Of a stretch of 64,000 nucleotides of DNA, positions 21,573 through 32,425 are shown piece after piece. How positions within the stretch are numbered: the first letter of the stretch is position 1; each line of letters starts with the position of its first letter. The notes under the pieces were generated by a model. It ran no database searches. It was not told the DNA's origin and saw nothing but the letters and a program-made list of their open reading frames with translations. The position numbers were made by a program, and so were the translations under genes. Origin of the DNA: an uncultured Methanosarcinaceae archaeon. Its GTDB lineage: Archaea; Halobacteriota; Methanosarcinia; Methanosarcinales; Methanosarcinaceae. The stretch lies in NCBI GenBank assembly GCA_963847185.1, contig CAWJYV010000005.1:32001-96000 (forward strand), in the 5' to 3' direction.

Positions 21573-23021
21573 TTAAGCACCGTATTCCTTACTAACGTTT
21601 AGGTAACTAACCTTTTCTTCTTCCTTCAAGACTTTCGTACCATACAGCATCTGTACAAATGCCTTTAGCTCGGTCTCAGACTTCCGAGGAATCACGACCG
21701 ATGGCCAGCAATCCTCTGGACCGTGGTAAGCAACTCCATTGTAAGCCCCTAATTCGTACTCAGGGAATACGCAAGGGGAATCATCTTTCAACTTGTAATT
21801 TCCAGAGTCTCTATAAAGAGGATCGACATTATATACAGACTGTAAGGTAACGCCGTAGTGGTTGGCTGTTTTATTTCCATACTGGCAATTTTCAATGCAT
21901 TCGATCGTGTTTCTTGTGCCTGTTAGGTTTGCAATACCCGTTCCTGATTTAGTGCCCTTACAAAAGCTCTCGTTAGTTCCGGTAATAATATTTCGTCTGA
22001 CTGTAGTTTTCATTCCTGTCAGAGATGACCTACTTTTCCAACCGGAAGCTACTATAGCATATCCGTAACACTCGTCAAAAGTGTTATACTCGATCAGGCA
22101 GTCAAATCCGTCGTGTGTTATACCTCCTACATCAGGAGTCTTAACCGAGGCAGGCTCTTTCCCACATTCCAAAAATAGGTTATTTCGAACAGTTACAAGC
22201 CCATTACCCGGAACTGTGCCTATTATCCAGATGGCAGGTCCCCAGGTCCCAAAAATTTCGTTGTTATACACTTCAATGTCAGAAGACGTCCTATTTTTGG
22301 CGGTTGATTGAATCTGGATAGCTGGCCCGGTATCTATCCCGGTATCACCGTTCAAAACACAATCATGTATTTTTATATTCTTTGAGGATCTGGTCCGGAC
22401 TGCAGCGTTTACGGCCATATCAATCTTAAGATTGCAGACTTCTCCACCATGCACACCTGCCAAACATACAACATCATGCCCTCCTCGCTTGCCTTTGATA
22501 TTCCAAATTTTGATATTCGTGCCGCCTTCAATCCTGGCAAAATCCCCTAGATTGTTGTTAGCTTCACAGTCATGGATACAAATATCAGTTGCATTTGAGG
22601 TTTGTACATTGCTAATATCTCCGGGACAAAGGGGACCTATAAAATTATGATAGCCATTTCCCCAATTACCCGCAGCGTTTGGATGTTCACGGTTTTTTGT
22701 AGGAACGCATTTCTGATTCTCTCTATTTCCTTCAAAAATTACATTGTGCAGGTCCCAACCTGCCGCACCTTTCGATAATTTTGATCCAATGAGTGGGATC
22801 TGTTCACCAAATATCGAAGTAGATACATTTTCCTGTAGTTCAAAAGTTGAGTTTTTCCCGTCGAGCTCAAAATAATTCCAGAATCGGATACGGGAGTTTA
22901 CGAGAACATGAGTAGTATCTGAAAAAATAAATTTTGCTGGCGTATTTCCCACGTTGTCAATTAGCTTCTGTAATTTTATAGAGTCATCAACAGAGGAACC
23001 TATAGTTATTGTTTGCATCAT
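21573..23021 (-). CDS. Right-handed parallel beta-helix (pectate lyase-like) protein
   Basis: N-terminal DDSIKLQKLID, repeated I.I.NN/DC beta-coil units, and VDPLYRD...Y.L...SP...GAY tail. Confidence 0.7.
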   Translation of the reverse strand: MMQTITIGSSVDDSIKLQKLIDNVGNTPAKFIFSDTTHVLVNSRIRFWNYFELDGKNSTFELQENVSTSIFGEQIPLIGSKLSKGAAGWDLHNVIFEGNRENQKCVPTKNREHPNAAGNWGNGYHNFIGPLCPGDISNVQTSNATDICIHDCEANNNLGDFARIEGGTNIKIWNIKGKRGGHDVVCLAGVHGGEVCNLKIDMAVNAAVRTRSSKNIKIHDCVLNGDTGIDTGPAIQIQSTAKNRTSSDIEVYNNEIFGTWGPAIWIIGTVPGNGLVTVRNNLFLECGKEPASVKTPDVGGITHDGFDCLIEYNTFDECYGYAIVASGWKSRSSLTGMKTTVRRNIITGTNESFCKGTKSGTGIANLTGTRNTIECIENCQYGNKTANHYGVTLQSVYNVDPLYRDSGNYKLKDDSPCVFPEYELGAYNGVAYHGPEDCWPSVVIPRKSETELKAFVQMLYGTKVLKEEEKVSYLNVSKEYGA

Positions 23022-23068
23022 CTCAGAACTCCTATCTTTTATTATCTTTTATTAATTGTATATGTGTA

Positions 23069-23250
23069 ACTGTATGTTAGTGCATTCCTATAAAAATTAT
23101 ATCATTTGTCTAAAACACGTCATAAAAGAAGGAAAAAGGAACTTGGAAATAAACGGAATACTGTATGTTAGTACATTCCTATAAAAATTATATCATTTGT
23201 CTAAAACACGTCATAAAAGAAGGAAAAAGGAACTTGGAAATAAACGGAAT
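23069..23250. repeat. 91-bp tandem duplication with 1 mismatch
   Basis: ACTGTATGTTAGT(G/A)CATTCC...AAATAAACGGAAT at 23069-23159 and 23160-23250. Confidence 0.92.
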
Positions 23251-24001
23251 GAACTTTTCGGAAGTATCAAATAATGAAAAATTAAATTTCGAGAGACATC
23301 TCCCAAAAAGATGGAGTATATTTCTTGCCACCAGCCCGGTTTATCGGAAATAGTTTAGTATTCTTTAAACAAACTTCGAGCTGATCCTAAAATTCAAAAA
23401 TTACTTCTTTGAATACCAATTTTGAAATATTTAACTGAGCTGCTGGTCAGGAAAGTAATTCTAAAACTTGTAAAGTTAGGACTAAAAATTAGTTCTGGGA
23501 TAGGCTCTTCCTTAATATAGAGTTGCAGACGGATTAACTTTTGGGGATTATGGAACACTTCAGGCAGTTGCGCGCACATTTCTCTTTTTGTTTCATTGGT
23601 CAATATAATGAAAGTTGTTAATTGGAATTTGGGTTCCATGAGGAGTAGCTTTATGGGTCCGGAAATGCTGATCAAAATATATATGCATTTATATAATGAC
23701 GAGAATGATTGATTACCGGGGAATAATACAATGAACGTTTATACTAGGTTATCTACAGACACACAATCAAGAACACTTGTTAATGCAACTCCTGAAGAAA
23801 TTGAGGATACTAAGAAAGAATTAGAAGAAGCAACCTGAAAAACCCCGACGAAAAATGGGCTATGATGACTGGTTAGAATTTAAAATATAAAACTTATTAT
23901 TGTTCTTGCAGTTTTAGGAGTCGAATTGACCCCTGATATTATTACGCGGGTGTAAGTGATTGGACAACATAAAGTCCAGAAAGAAGGAATAAAAGGAAGA
24001 A

Positions 24002-24330
24002 ATGAAAGGAAAAGACCACTAAATAACTAACCATTCCCTTGCTGCAATTTTCTTTTTCTATTTATGGATTACAAAAAGCCTGGAATTTGTCCCACTGGCT
24101 AAGTTTAGGCTGGAGCTATCCCCCTGCATCTTCTTGTAACTCCAGACTTTGATAACTGGAGCAATGCAACAAAAGCCCGGGGATCATTTAGGATCATCTG
24201 GAAAACGCTCAGAAATACAGATTACCGGGAAATTTTACACAACTATGTGGGATCCTTTCACCCTGGTGTGTTTCGTTGCAGTTCCTCTACATTTTTACAG
24301 GTTTGAATTGTGAATGGGGCTCTAGTGGGA
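24002..24330 (+). pseudogene. Degraded DUF2227-like metal-binding membrane protein (3' end approximate)
   Basis: MKGKDH*ITN, then after a frameshift LVTPDFDNWSNATKARGSFRIIWK...YREILHNY, resembling the GxxH / PDLD / WG..R.IW / HR..H pattern. Confidence 0.45.
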
Positions 24331-24390
24331 ATTGTTTGTATGATAGAGGTTCATATAGTAGGAGAGAAAATATCTTTAGGGTGATGGGAA

Positions 24391-24717
24391 ATGTCATTTT
24401 CAAAAATCCTCCGAGATGCAGATATCAGAATGATGGAGAGACATGGACATATAAGTTCAACTGAAGCAAAAGTCAGAACTCGAAAGCGAGATATGAAGGA
24501 AATGAAGATGAGGTCCTTGTGTTTTGCCATCCTGCTTATGGGGGTTGCCGCTGAGGGGATGTATTTTGGAGTTCACGTTTATCTGGTGGCTGGAATTGCA
24601 TTTTATTTACTGTTAAGGGATGTTTATTCTACTTGGATGAAACTTACGGAGATGGATACTGAAATCAAATATCTTGAAGCGGGGCTTGTGCTGACGAGAC
24701 GTAAGAGATGGGGGTAA
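24391..24717 (+). CDS. Hypothetical 108-aa protein with two TM helices
   Basis: GGTGA upstream of ATG; hydrophobic core flanked by charged helices. Confidence 0.55.
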   Translation: MSFSKILRDADIRMMERHGHISSTEAKVRTRKRDMKEMKMRSLCFAILLMGVAAEGMYFGVHVYLVAGIAFYLLLRDVYSTWMKLTEMDTEIKYLEAGLVLTRRKRWG

Positions 24718-25227
24718 AAATGAAAAAAATAACAGAAAAAATATTACAAGAATGAAAAAATAAAAATCATAAAATATAAATACAACTTCTTAACATTAAG
24801 TATAACTGTGTGTAGAGAGGACAAGAAGATTTGAGTTTTTTATTGGCTTTTAGTGATAATCTTATCTCTAAATGTTATTTTATCTCTTTTAAAGCCTTTA
24901 AAAAGGAATTACTAGCCTTGTATGTATTTATTTGTTGAATCCCGCCCGATTGCCACATTAGGCGGGATTCTTTTGCCAACTTTTAAACAACGAGTCGAGT
25001 AATATCTGTTAAAATATATAAATATTCCTGCCGACTGATTGGTACGTTTATACAAATCGATTTCTTTTCAGTATTTATATTCAAAGTTGAAAATTTAGCT
25101 ACAATATTTACTATAATTTACAACAATTTCGAAATCGCACCTCGATTTGAAAGAAAATGATTTCACCATACATTCAAATTGGTCATCCCTGAATATATAT
25201 ATATTTATTTTAACATATTCTCTTTGG

Positions 25228-25343
25228 GTGGGTGGGAGTGAGTCAATGAAAACTGCAAGCATAAGAATCTCTCTACATTTTTCCCAATATAAGGAAAATA
25301 TACTCACTTTTTCGGACTTGACCAATAACTCATACCCAAGAGC
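25228..25343. mobile_element. Second, degenerate copy of the 20678-20789 MITE
   Basis: Shares CTGCAAGCATAAGAATCTCT, AATATACTCACTTTTTCGGACTTGA and CAATAACTCATACCCA; ends eroded, no clear TSD. Confidence 0.75.
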
Positions 25344-25935
25344 TAATTTTGTTAGTAGCACTAGATTAGCTATTATAAAGTTTAGCTACTGCTAAAGGAT
25401 TAAATTTTAAAGCCAGCAATTTAAAGTTTACAATTTGAAGCTGGGCAATGAAAAAGCTTCCATATCGTATTAACTTTTAATTTACCATATTTGGCTTATT
25501 TTCTCTTCTTATTCTATTTATATTCTTAACTTCGAATTATTTACGATACTTTTTAATTATATCTATTTCTTCCTTCCTTAAAGGCAAGATAATATTATCA
25601 ATATTTTATAAATAATGATATATTTTAATTGAATTTCTTCTTTTAACTCGTTTGTTTTTTCTCCTGAAAATTCTCCTTTGTCAGAAAGTTTTTGTTATTT
25701 AATGAATATATCTTTTCCATTTAATGGTATACAGGGATAACCTGTTATACGATTAATATAATCCTATATTCGATATCTAACGCACTATTGAAAAACTAAC
25801 GTTATATTTTATATTTTATGAAATACTAACGCACTAATATATCCTATTAGATGTAAAATATAGTCCGGATGTTACACTGATAGTTTCACCTGTCTCCCTA
25901 AAAATATAAAATTTATTTTTCTGAGGTGCCGGATA

Positions 25936-27123
25936 ATGGATTTCGATGCGATCGACGATTTTATATACAATATTGTCGGGATAATAGGATCAGACCAGAA
26001 AAAACTGTGCAATGCAGTTGACTTTGCTCTGGAATATTCGGAAAAAAATTCCTTTTCTCCCAAAACATTGCTTGATATCTCCAATGCATGTAAGCAGCAG
26101 AGAATGCTTATGGAAGAATATGTTTTTGCAAAAGCCTGCTTTATAAAGGCTTCCGGAAAGCTCCATGAAGAAGCCTGCTTCGCTATGGGTACTGCGGCCC
26201 ATGTGCTGGGCTTTTCCTTAGAAGCTGAGGCAAGCTATCTGGAAGTTTTAAAAGAAAATCCGAATAATGGAGATGCCAGATGTGCATATTCAGAGCTTCT
26301 AATAGAACTTGGAAAGATCCAGGAAGCTGAAAATGAATATAAAAAGGTACTTGAAGTCTCTTCAATGCACGCAAAGGCAAATTCCGGATATGCTTATCTC
26401 TTGGCTGAATACGGTTATGTAAGAGAAGCAGAAGAATGTTACTTAAAGGCGCTTGCAGTTGATCCTGATTATGTTCCTGCCAGAGGGGGGTACGCAAACC
26501 TGCTCTTTGAACTTGGAAGACTCAGGGATTCCGAAAAGGAATACAGAAGTGCAATAGAATTGGATCCTGAAGACCCAAGTCTTCACCACAACTATGGAGT
26601 TTTGTTATCTTTCCTTGGACGTTCCTCAGAAGCTGAAGTTGAGTACAGAACAGCTCTTTCCCTTAACCCGAGGCACAGGCGGACTCTCTTTAACTATGGA
26701 AACCTTCTTGCAAGAGAAGGAAGGGTCTCAGAAGCCGAGATACAATATATGGAAGCTCTTGCTATTGACCAGAATGATGCAAAAGTCCATTCCAATTATG
26801 CCAACCTCCTGGCTCGCTTTGGGAGACGGTACGAAGCTGAAATGGAATACAAAAAAGCTCTCAAGCTGGATCCCGAAAGTGCTGAGGGGCATTATAGCTA
26901 TGGAAACCTTCTTTCGGAAATGGGGAGACTCTCCGAATCCGAAGAGGAATATCAGAAAGCTCTTGTCCTAAATCCCTACTATCCTCCTCTACATTACAGC
27001 TACGGCTTGCTTTTGAGAAAAATGAGGCGCTTTGACGAAGCTAAAAATCAGTATATGAAAGCCATGCAGCTTGATCCTGATATCGGAAGCAAAATGACAG
27101 AAACCTGGATTATTCTAGATTAA
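25936..27123 (+). CDS. Tetratricopeptide repeat protein
   Basis: About 8 TPR-like repeats (Y.NLL...GR..EAE..Y..AL.L.P). Confidence 0.9.
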   Translation: MDFDAIDDFIYNIVGIIGSDQKKLCNAVDFALEYSEKNSFSPKTLLDISNACKQQRMLMEEYVFAKACFIKASGKLHEEACFAMGTAAHVLGFSLEAEASYLEVLKENPNNGDARCAYSELLIELGKIQEAENEYKKVLEVSSMHAKANSGYAYLLAEYGYVREAEECYLKALAVDPDYVPARGGYANLLFELGRLRDSEKEYRSAIELDPEDPSLHHNYGVLLSFLGRSSEAEVEYRTALSLNPRHRRTLFNYGNLLAREGRVSEAEIQYMEALAIDQNDAKVHSNYANLLARFGRRYEAEMEYKKALKLDPESAEGHYSYGNLLSEMGRLSESEEEYQKALVLNPYYPPLHYSYGLLLRKMRRFDEAKNQYMKAMQLDPDIGSKMTETWIILD

Positions 27124-27291
27124 ATCCATCATCTTGGTTGTCAGGTTTCCTGCATAATCCAGCATCCATATTTGGCTACTTCTTTTATTATTTTTATTAT
27201 TCTCATCAGATAGAGATACATATAGGGTTTTCACAAGAAACGACGGTTAATATAATTATCTATCCTTTTTTGCAAGTATTTACGTTCTTTT

Positions 27292-28116
27292 TTATATCTC
27301 TTGATTCCCAAAAATGAAGATTTTCAGCTCTCCATTTTCAAAAAGAGAAAAAGCGGCAGCATTACCGAGCCCTACATAATCAGGGCAAGAAAAAAGGGAA
27401 AGCAACTTTCCATCGAACCACCATTTGTATCCCTTTTCAAGGGCCGTATGTCCTCTTACCATTCTCTTTAAATTGTTTACTTCTAAGAAACCATCTACAA
27501 TATCAGGCCCAAACTCCTTTACTGTGGAGCCCCTAATGGAATTGGTAAGTCCAGGATGTTTTGAGGGATCGTTCCATAGATACGGAAAAGGTTCTTCCTT
27601 TCTGATGGCATCAATGCTCTCTATCCCGTTAATTCCTCCATGCACACAGAAGGTATGCCCTGAAAGTACTGCAGCTATTGGCATCTTCTCGTATGTCAGG
27701 CTGATTCTTATGAGAAAACTCTCATCGTAGCCTATTTCCTCAAAAAAGCCGTAGTAGATATTCATATCTGCACTTTCATGGTTCCCTCTAAGCAGGAAAA
27801 TATTTTCGGGATCCTCAATTTTTAGTTGAAAAAGCCTCAAAAGGACTTCAGTTCCCTCCAGTCCCCTATCTACATAATCCCCCAGAAAGAGAATGTTCTT
27901 ACAGTTCATTTCCTCTCTCATTTTTATCACAAACTCAAGGGTCTGAAAATCCCCGTGAATATCTCCGACAAGCATTATCGGCTCAGTATTAATTCTAAGC
28001 ACTGGAGGCTCTGACTCTAAAATACTGTCTATTTTAGGAAGAAGGAGTAGCAATTCTTCTTTTGCAGTAGTTTTCTTAGAGTTCTCTTCTTCTCCTACTT
28101 CTCCTTTTAATCCCAC
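27292..28116 (-). CDS. PPP-family serine/threonine protein phosphatase
   Basis: GDIHG, GDYVDRG, LRGNHE, VHGGI, LWNDP, RGH and FSCPDY motifs. Confidence 0.92.
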   Translation of the reverse strand: MGLKGEVGEEENSKKTTAKEELLLLLPKIDSILESEPPVLRINTEPIMLVGDIHGDFQTLEFVIKMREEMNCKNILFLGDYVDRGLEGTEVLLRLFQLKIEDPENIFLLRGNHESADMNIYYGFFEEIGYDESFLIRISLTYEKMPIAAVLSGHTFCVHGGINGIESIDAIRKEEPFPYLWNDPSKHPGLTNSIRGSTVKEFGPDIVDGFLEVNNLKRMVRGHTALEKGYKWWFDGKLLSLFSCPDYVGLGNAAAFSLFENGELKIFIFGNQEI

Positions 28117-28443
28117 GAGGTCACCTCTTTAAATTCGATTACGCAAACCGGTTTACAAAACTTCTTTTATTAAGAGGGAATTTTATATGATAAGCCTTTC
28201 TGAAGTCGATACAGAAAGAGAAAGTTCGGAGAAAAAACATTGTGACAGCACCCGATACGCCGTTCTATACTATTTTACTCCGTACTTTAACCAGATCTTA
28301 TAATCTTCAAGGTTCATAAGTTTTTAAAGAAGGAATATAATGTGAAATAATGTGAACGTCTGAAATTAAGTATCGAGAAACTAAAATCCAGAAATAAAAG
28401 CAAATGGAACTGTAATTCAACAATTTAGCGGAAGTGTGGAAAA

Positions 28444-28833
28444 TTGGAACTTGATATCAATGAACAGGATCCTGAAGATATGGATCTGACCGATGTCGTG
28501 ATTGAATATGATGAGCTTGTTTCTGCAATATCTGTTCTGGAAAAGCGGCGAGAGCAGTTGAGAACCAGCATACTGAACGCTTTCACGGAAAAAGGTATTG
28601 ATGTACTTAGAGTAGGAAATGTTGAACTCAGAAAGCGAAAGACGGATTGGAAACTCTGGCGTATTCACAGATTAAAAGCTTATCTTATGAAGAGAGAACT
28701 CTGGGATATGGTCGAATCAATTGACAGGAAAATGCTGAGTAAACTTATAGAAAAAGGAATTTTGACTGAAGATGAACTTAAAGGCATGTATGATGTGGAA
28801 ACAAGATATAGTTTACATGTAGATAGAGTCTAA
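28444..28833 (+). CDS. Hypothetical protein with N-terminal coiled coil
   Basis: 129-aa ORF with protein-like composition; TTG start. Confidence 0.65.
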   Translation: MELDINEQDPEDMDLTDVVIEYDELVSAISVLEKRREQLRTSILNAFTEKGIDVLRVGNVELRKRKTDWKLWRIHRLKAYLMKRELWDMVESIDRKMLSKLIEKGILTEDELKGMYDVETRYSLHVDRV

Positions 28834-29123
28834 TCTTGGATATGTCTTTTTAGATAATATGGATAGATCTAACGTGTGGATAGAGTATAACTGAGTGTAA
28901 ATTAAAAGATATATACAGGGGAGTAGTCCATCAATAGAGCTTGAAATACATAGTTACCAGGGGGTTTAGTTTTGAGAATCGATATCTTGCAAGTTTTTAT
29001 GTAGTTATTATTGTTTAGTAATGAGATCTCTTTTTGAATTTATTCAACTAATTTAGTACGGCTAATTATTTATATCCGGTAGAGCAGATTCATCTTAAAG
29101 GCAAATTTCAGGAGGTTTTATAC

Positions 29124-30173
29124 ATGGAGATTGATGCCGTAGACAAGCTTGTTTTTAGCATAATCGAACAGGTTGCAGCCGATAATTGTGACCTTGATGA
29201 GGTCACTGAGTTTGCCGTCTCTTATTCAAAAGAACACTCGCTTTCCAGGGAGATTCTTCTGAAAATACTCCATATTTTTGACAAAGAAAAGATGTACAGG
29301 GAAAAATATGTAATTTCCCGGACCTGTGCTTCTCTGTTTTCAGGAGAAACAAAAGAAGAGTTCCTTATAGAAGCAGGTAAAACAGCCTCTTTGCTTGGAC
29401 TTAAAGAAGTGGCCTGCAGGAGATTTGAAGAGACACTGGCGAGAAACCCGAAAAATATCGAAGCCCTTTCAGGATACGGAGTTGCCCTTGCCAAAATGGG
29501 AAAGCTGGATTCTTCAAGGATTCAATTTGGGAAGGCCCTGGAACTTAATCCTTACCATGTTGAGACTCTCTGCAATTACGGATGCCTGCTTTTTGGTCTC
29601 AAAAGAATTGACGAAGCTGAAGAAATGTATAGAAAAGCTCTGATCTTTGATTCAAAAAATGTGGAAGCCCACTGCAAGTATGGGATTCTTCTTTCCAAAA
29701 AAGGGGAAAAAACCGGAGCTAATTATCACTTCGTCCAGGCTCTCGAACTTGACCCTAAACATGTCGAATCTAATTTTCAATATGCTCGTCTTCTGGAAGA
29801 AAAAGGAGAGCCCTATGAGGCTGAAAGATATTACATCGTAGCTCTCAAAGCAGAACCTGAGAATCCAAAACCTCATCTGTTTTATGCCCGCCTGCTTGCA
29901 GAGCACGGGATTGTTTACGGAGCCGGCGTACACTTCAAGTATGCTCTTAGGCTTAACCCTGGCGATATAGAAGCTCACTGTGAGTATGCCAGATTGCTTG
30001 CCAGGTTTGGGCACAGGCACGAAGCCGAGATCCAGTACAAAAAAGCCCTTGAACTTGACCCGGGGCATTTCGGAACCCTCTGCGAGTACGGGGATTTATT
30101 ACAAGAAAAAGGGCAATACGCACGAGCCGAAGAAATATACAGGCAAGCTGAATTCTTTAAACGGCAAGCCTGA
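29124..30173 (+). CDS. Tetratricopeptide repeat protein (paralog of 25936-27123)
   Basis: AGGAGG RBS; TPR repeats; similar N-terminal domain. Confidence 0.9.
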   Translation: MEIDAVDKLVFSIIEQVAADNCDLDEVTEFAVSYSKEHSLSREILLKILHIFDKEKMYREKYVISRTCASLFSGETKEEFLIEAGKTASLLGLKEVACRRFEETLARNPKNIEALSGYGVALAKMGKLDSSRIQFGKALELNPYHVETLCNYGCLLFGLKRIDEAEEMYRKALIFDSKNVEAHCKYGILLSKKGEKTGANYHFVQALELDPKHVESNFQYARLLEEKGEPYEAERYYIVALKAEPENPKPHLFYARLLAEHGIVYGAGVHFKYALRLNPGDIEAHCEYARLLARFGHRHEAEIQYKKALELDPGHFGTLCEYGDLLQEKGQYARAEEIYRQAEFFKRQA

Positions 30174-30191
30174 AAGATTAATAAGGTCTTA

Positions 30192-30902
30192 TCAGTAAAG
30201 CCTTACAGGCTCAATTCCCATTTTTTCCATCAAGCAGGCAGGAATATCCAGCACATGCAGGACCGAATCGATTACTATCCCATCGGAACTTGCCACAATC
30301 AAGTTATTATCAGGGTTTTTGCCGGCTGTTTTCAGATCAAAATCAGCGGTTTTTGAAGTTCTGGCTTCGCCTGAGATTCCTTTTTCTTTCATTTTTCGGC
30401 GGATAAATCCTGTAAGTTCTCCACTTCTGCTTATCTGAGCGTCGAGGAGAAAAGTAACTGATTTAGGGTGAGATTCAGAAAGAAAACTAAGAACTGAATC
30501 CAGAGCTTCCTCAATGTCTTCAGCCTGTTTTGCTTTGCTGAAATAATAACGAGTATCTCTTATATAGCCGTCATCACAGAACCACATAGATTCTTTTTTT
30601 AAAAGACTGTCCACACTAAGAAGAACATTGTACCCGTCAAGAAAAATGTCTCTATCCTTAATGCCTGTGCAGGTTACTTTTTTTCTGATCCTGGTAACTA
30701 CTTTATCAGGAGGCATGATTATTCTTGTTAGGATATGTCGCTCTTCTGCACTGAGCTGGGCATGGTCAGCCACGAAGCGGATAGTTGCAAATTTTGGATA
30801 TCCCCATCGGAGTATGCTCCTTATATCCCGAGCAGGCTTTAGCAATTTCTCTTTCAGATTAAAGCTGGAAGGATTAGTGGAACTTTCATGTGGGTCTATC
30901 AT
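30192..30902 (-). CDS. DUF434-like protein (PIN-like domain)
   Basis: GYPK..IRFVADH, LDGYNVL, DDGYIRD and SSD motifs. Confidence 0.75.
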   Translation of the reverse strand: MIDPHESSTNPSSFNLKEKLLKPARDIRSILRWGYPKFATIRFVADHAQLSAEERHILTRIIMPPDKVVTRIRKKVTCTGIKDRDIFLDGYNVLLSVDSLLKKESMWFCDDGYIRDTRYYFSKAKQAEDIEEALDSVLSFLSESHPKSVTFLLDAQISRSGELTGFIRRKMKEKGISGEARTSKTADFDLKTAGKNPDNNLIVASSDGIVIDSVLHVLDIPACLMEKMGIEPVRLY

Positions 30903-31101
30903 ACATAAGTCTCTCCTTTTAAGAAGGAAGTTCTTTAAATGAGTGAAGGGATATGTTATATACGTATTTAAGCAATTAAAAATGGTAACATGTGACTGCT
31001 GGCAGTCTACTTGATTCTAGCAGTTTTTATTTCGGTTTTGTTCAAATTTAAGGTAGGTTCTCAGCTACAAGCCATTATGGCTCAGGCTGGAGGTTTATGT
31101 T

Positions 31102-32082
31102 ATGGAAGTATTGTGGTTGACTCAGGAAGAAGTAAAATCTGTTATGGATATGCATTCTGATATGCAGGTTGTTGAGAGCGCTTTCAGGCAGCATGGACTT
31201 GGTAAGGTTCAGATGCCTCCCAAATCTTATCTTTACTATACTTCTTACAATGGAGACCTCAGAACAATGCCTGCATATCTTGAAGAAGAGGATATCACTG
31301 GAGTGAAAATTGTAAATGTCCACCCCGGAAACCCGGCTCGCGGTCTTCCTACTGTAATGGCATTAATTGTTCTTATTTCTCCTGAAACAGGTGCACCTGT
31401 GGCAATTATGGACGGAACCTATCTTACCGATATCCGGACAGGAGCTGCAGGAGGAATTGCCGCAAAATACCTTGCAAGAAAGGATTCAAAAATTATCGGT
31501 ATGGTTGGAACTGGAAATCAAGCAAAGACTCAGCTTGCAGCTCTCTGTGAGGTTTTTGAGCCTGAACTTGTGAAAATCACTTCCAGGACGAAAGCAAGCT
31601 CTAATCAGTTTATTCAGGAAATGGCAGATATCACACCTTGCGAAATCCAATCAAAAGACAAAGTTGAGGATGTCTGCGATTGTGATATTCTTGTAACAAC
31701 CACTCCCACCCGTAAGCCGATTGTAAAGGTTCAGTGGATTAAAGAAGGTACTCACATTAATGCAATAGGAGCCGATGCGGTGGGAAAAGAAGAACTTGAT
31801 CCTGAGCTTCTCATCCGCTCCAAGATTGTTGTCGATGATATTGTTCAGGCTCTTCATTCGGGAGAAGTAAATGTTCCTCTTTCCAAGCATTACATCTCGG
31901 AAAATGATATCCATGCTCAGCTTGGAGAAGTAATTACTGGCCTGAAACCCGGCAGGACAAGTGAAGAGGAAATTACGATCTTTGATTCCACTGGTCTGGC
32001 TATTCAGGACGTTGCAAGTGCACATCTGGTTTATGAGAGGGCCGTTGATAAGGGACTTGGCAAGCAGGTCCGGATGTTTTAA
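31102..32082 (+). CDS. ala: Alanine dehydrogenase, archaeal ornithine cyclodeaminase/mu-crystallin type
   Basis: QMPPKSY, GDLRTMPAY, RTGAAG and FDSTGLAIQD motifs. Confidence 0.88.
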   Translation: MEVLWLTQEEVKSVMDMHSDMQVVESAFRQHGLGKVQMPPKSYLYYTSYNGDLRTMPAYLEEEDITGVKIVNVHPGNPARGLPTVMALIVLISPETGAPVAIMDGTYLTDIRTGAAGGIAAKYLARKDSKIIGMVGTGNQAKTQLAALCEVFEPELVKITSRTKASSNQFIQEMADITPCEIQSKDKVEDVCDCDILVTTTPTRKPIVKVQWIKEGTHINAIGADAVGKEELDPELLIRSKIVVDDIVQALHSGEVNVPLSKHYISENDIHAQLGEVITGLKPGRTSEEEITIFDSTGLAIQDVASAHLVYERAVDKGLGKQVRMF

Positions 32083-32425
32083 AACATATTTTTTCTTTAA
32101 GTCAACCTTAAATTTTTTATTATTCTCTCGATTCTTTTATCTTTTCATTTAATTTTAGTTTGTTTCCTTTTTCACTAATTTTCTTCTGTTTTTTTTCTCA
32201 CTTAATTTTCTTATGTTAACTTTTCTATTAACCTTCTTCTGCTTACCTTCTTTCTTTTATTAACTTTTAATTTTACTTACATTAAAGTCTTTAAATCTAC
32301 ATTCTTAAAAATTAGAGCGCTCTAAAAGGTCAGTCGGAATTGTTTTTCAACTTGAACTCTAGGTAACTCAGATAAGGAGAACAAATTCATAACCTATAAA
32401 TACTTAGTAACAGAACTATAAAACA

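Noticed and set aside
23731-23838. MNVYTRLSTDTQ resembling the serine recombinase YxRxS motif
   Set aside because: Downstream sequence reads as coiled coil plus a TM remnant with no other resolvase motif; probably coincidental
24933-24974. GTTGAATCCCGCCCGATTGCCA resembling a tRNA 3' end or att site
   Set aside because: No TTCGAA T-loop; better explained as a 10-bp hairpin (GAATCCCGCC/GGCGGGATTC) followed by Ts, terminator-like
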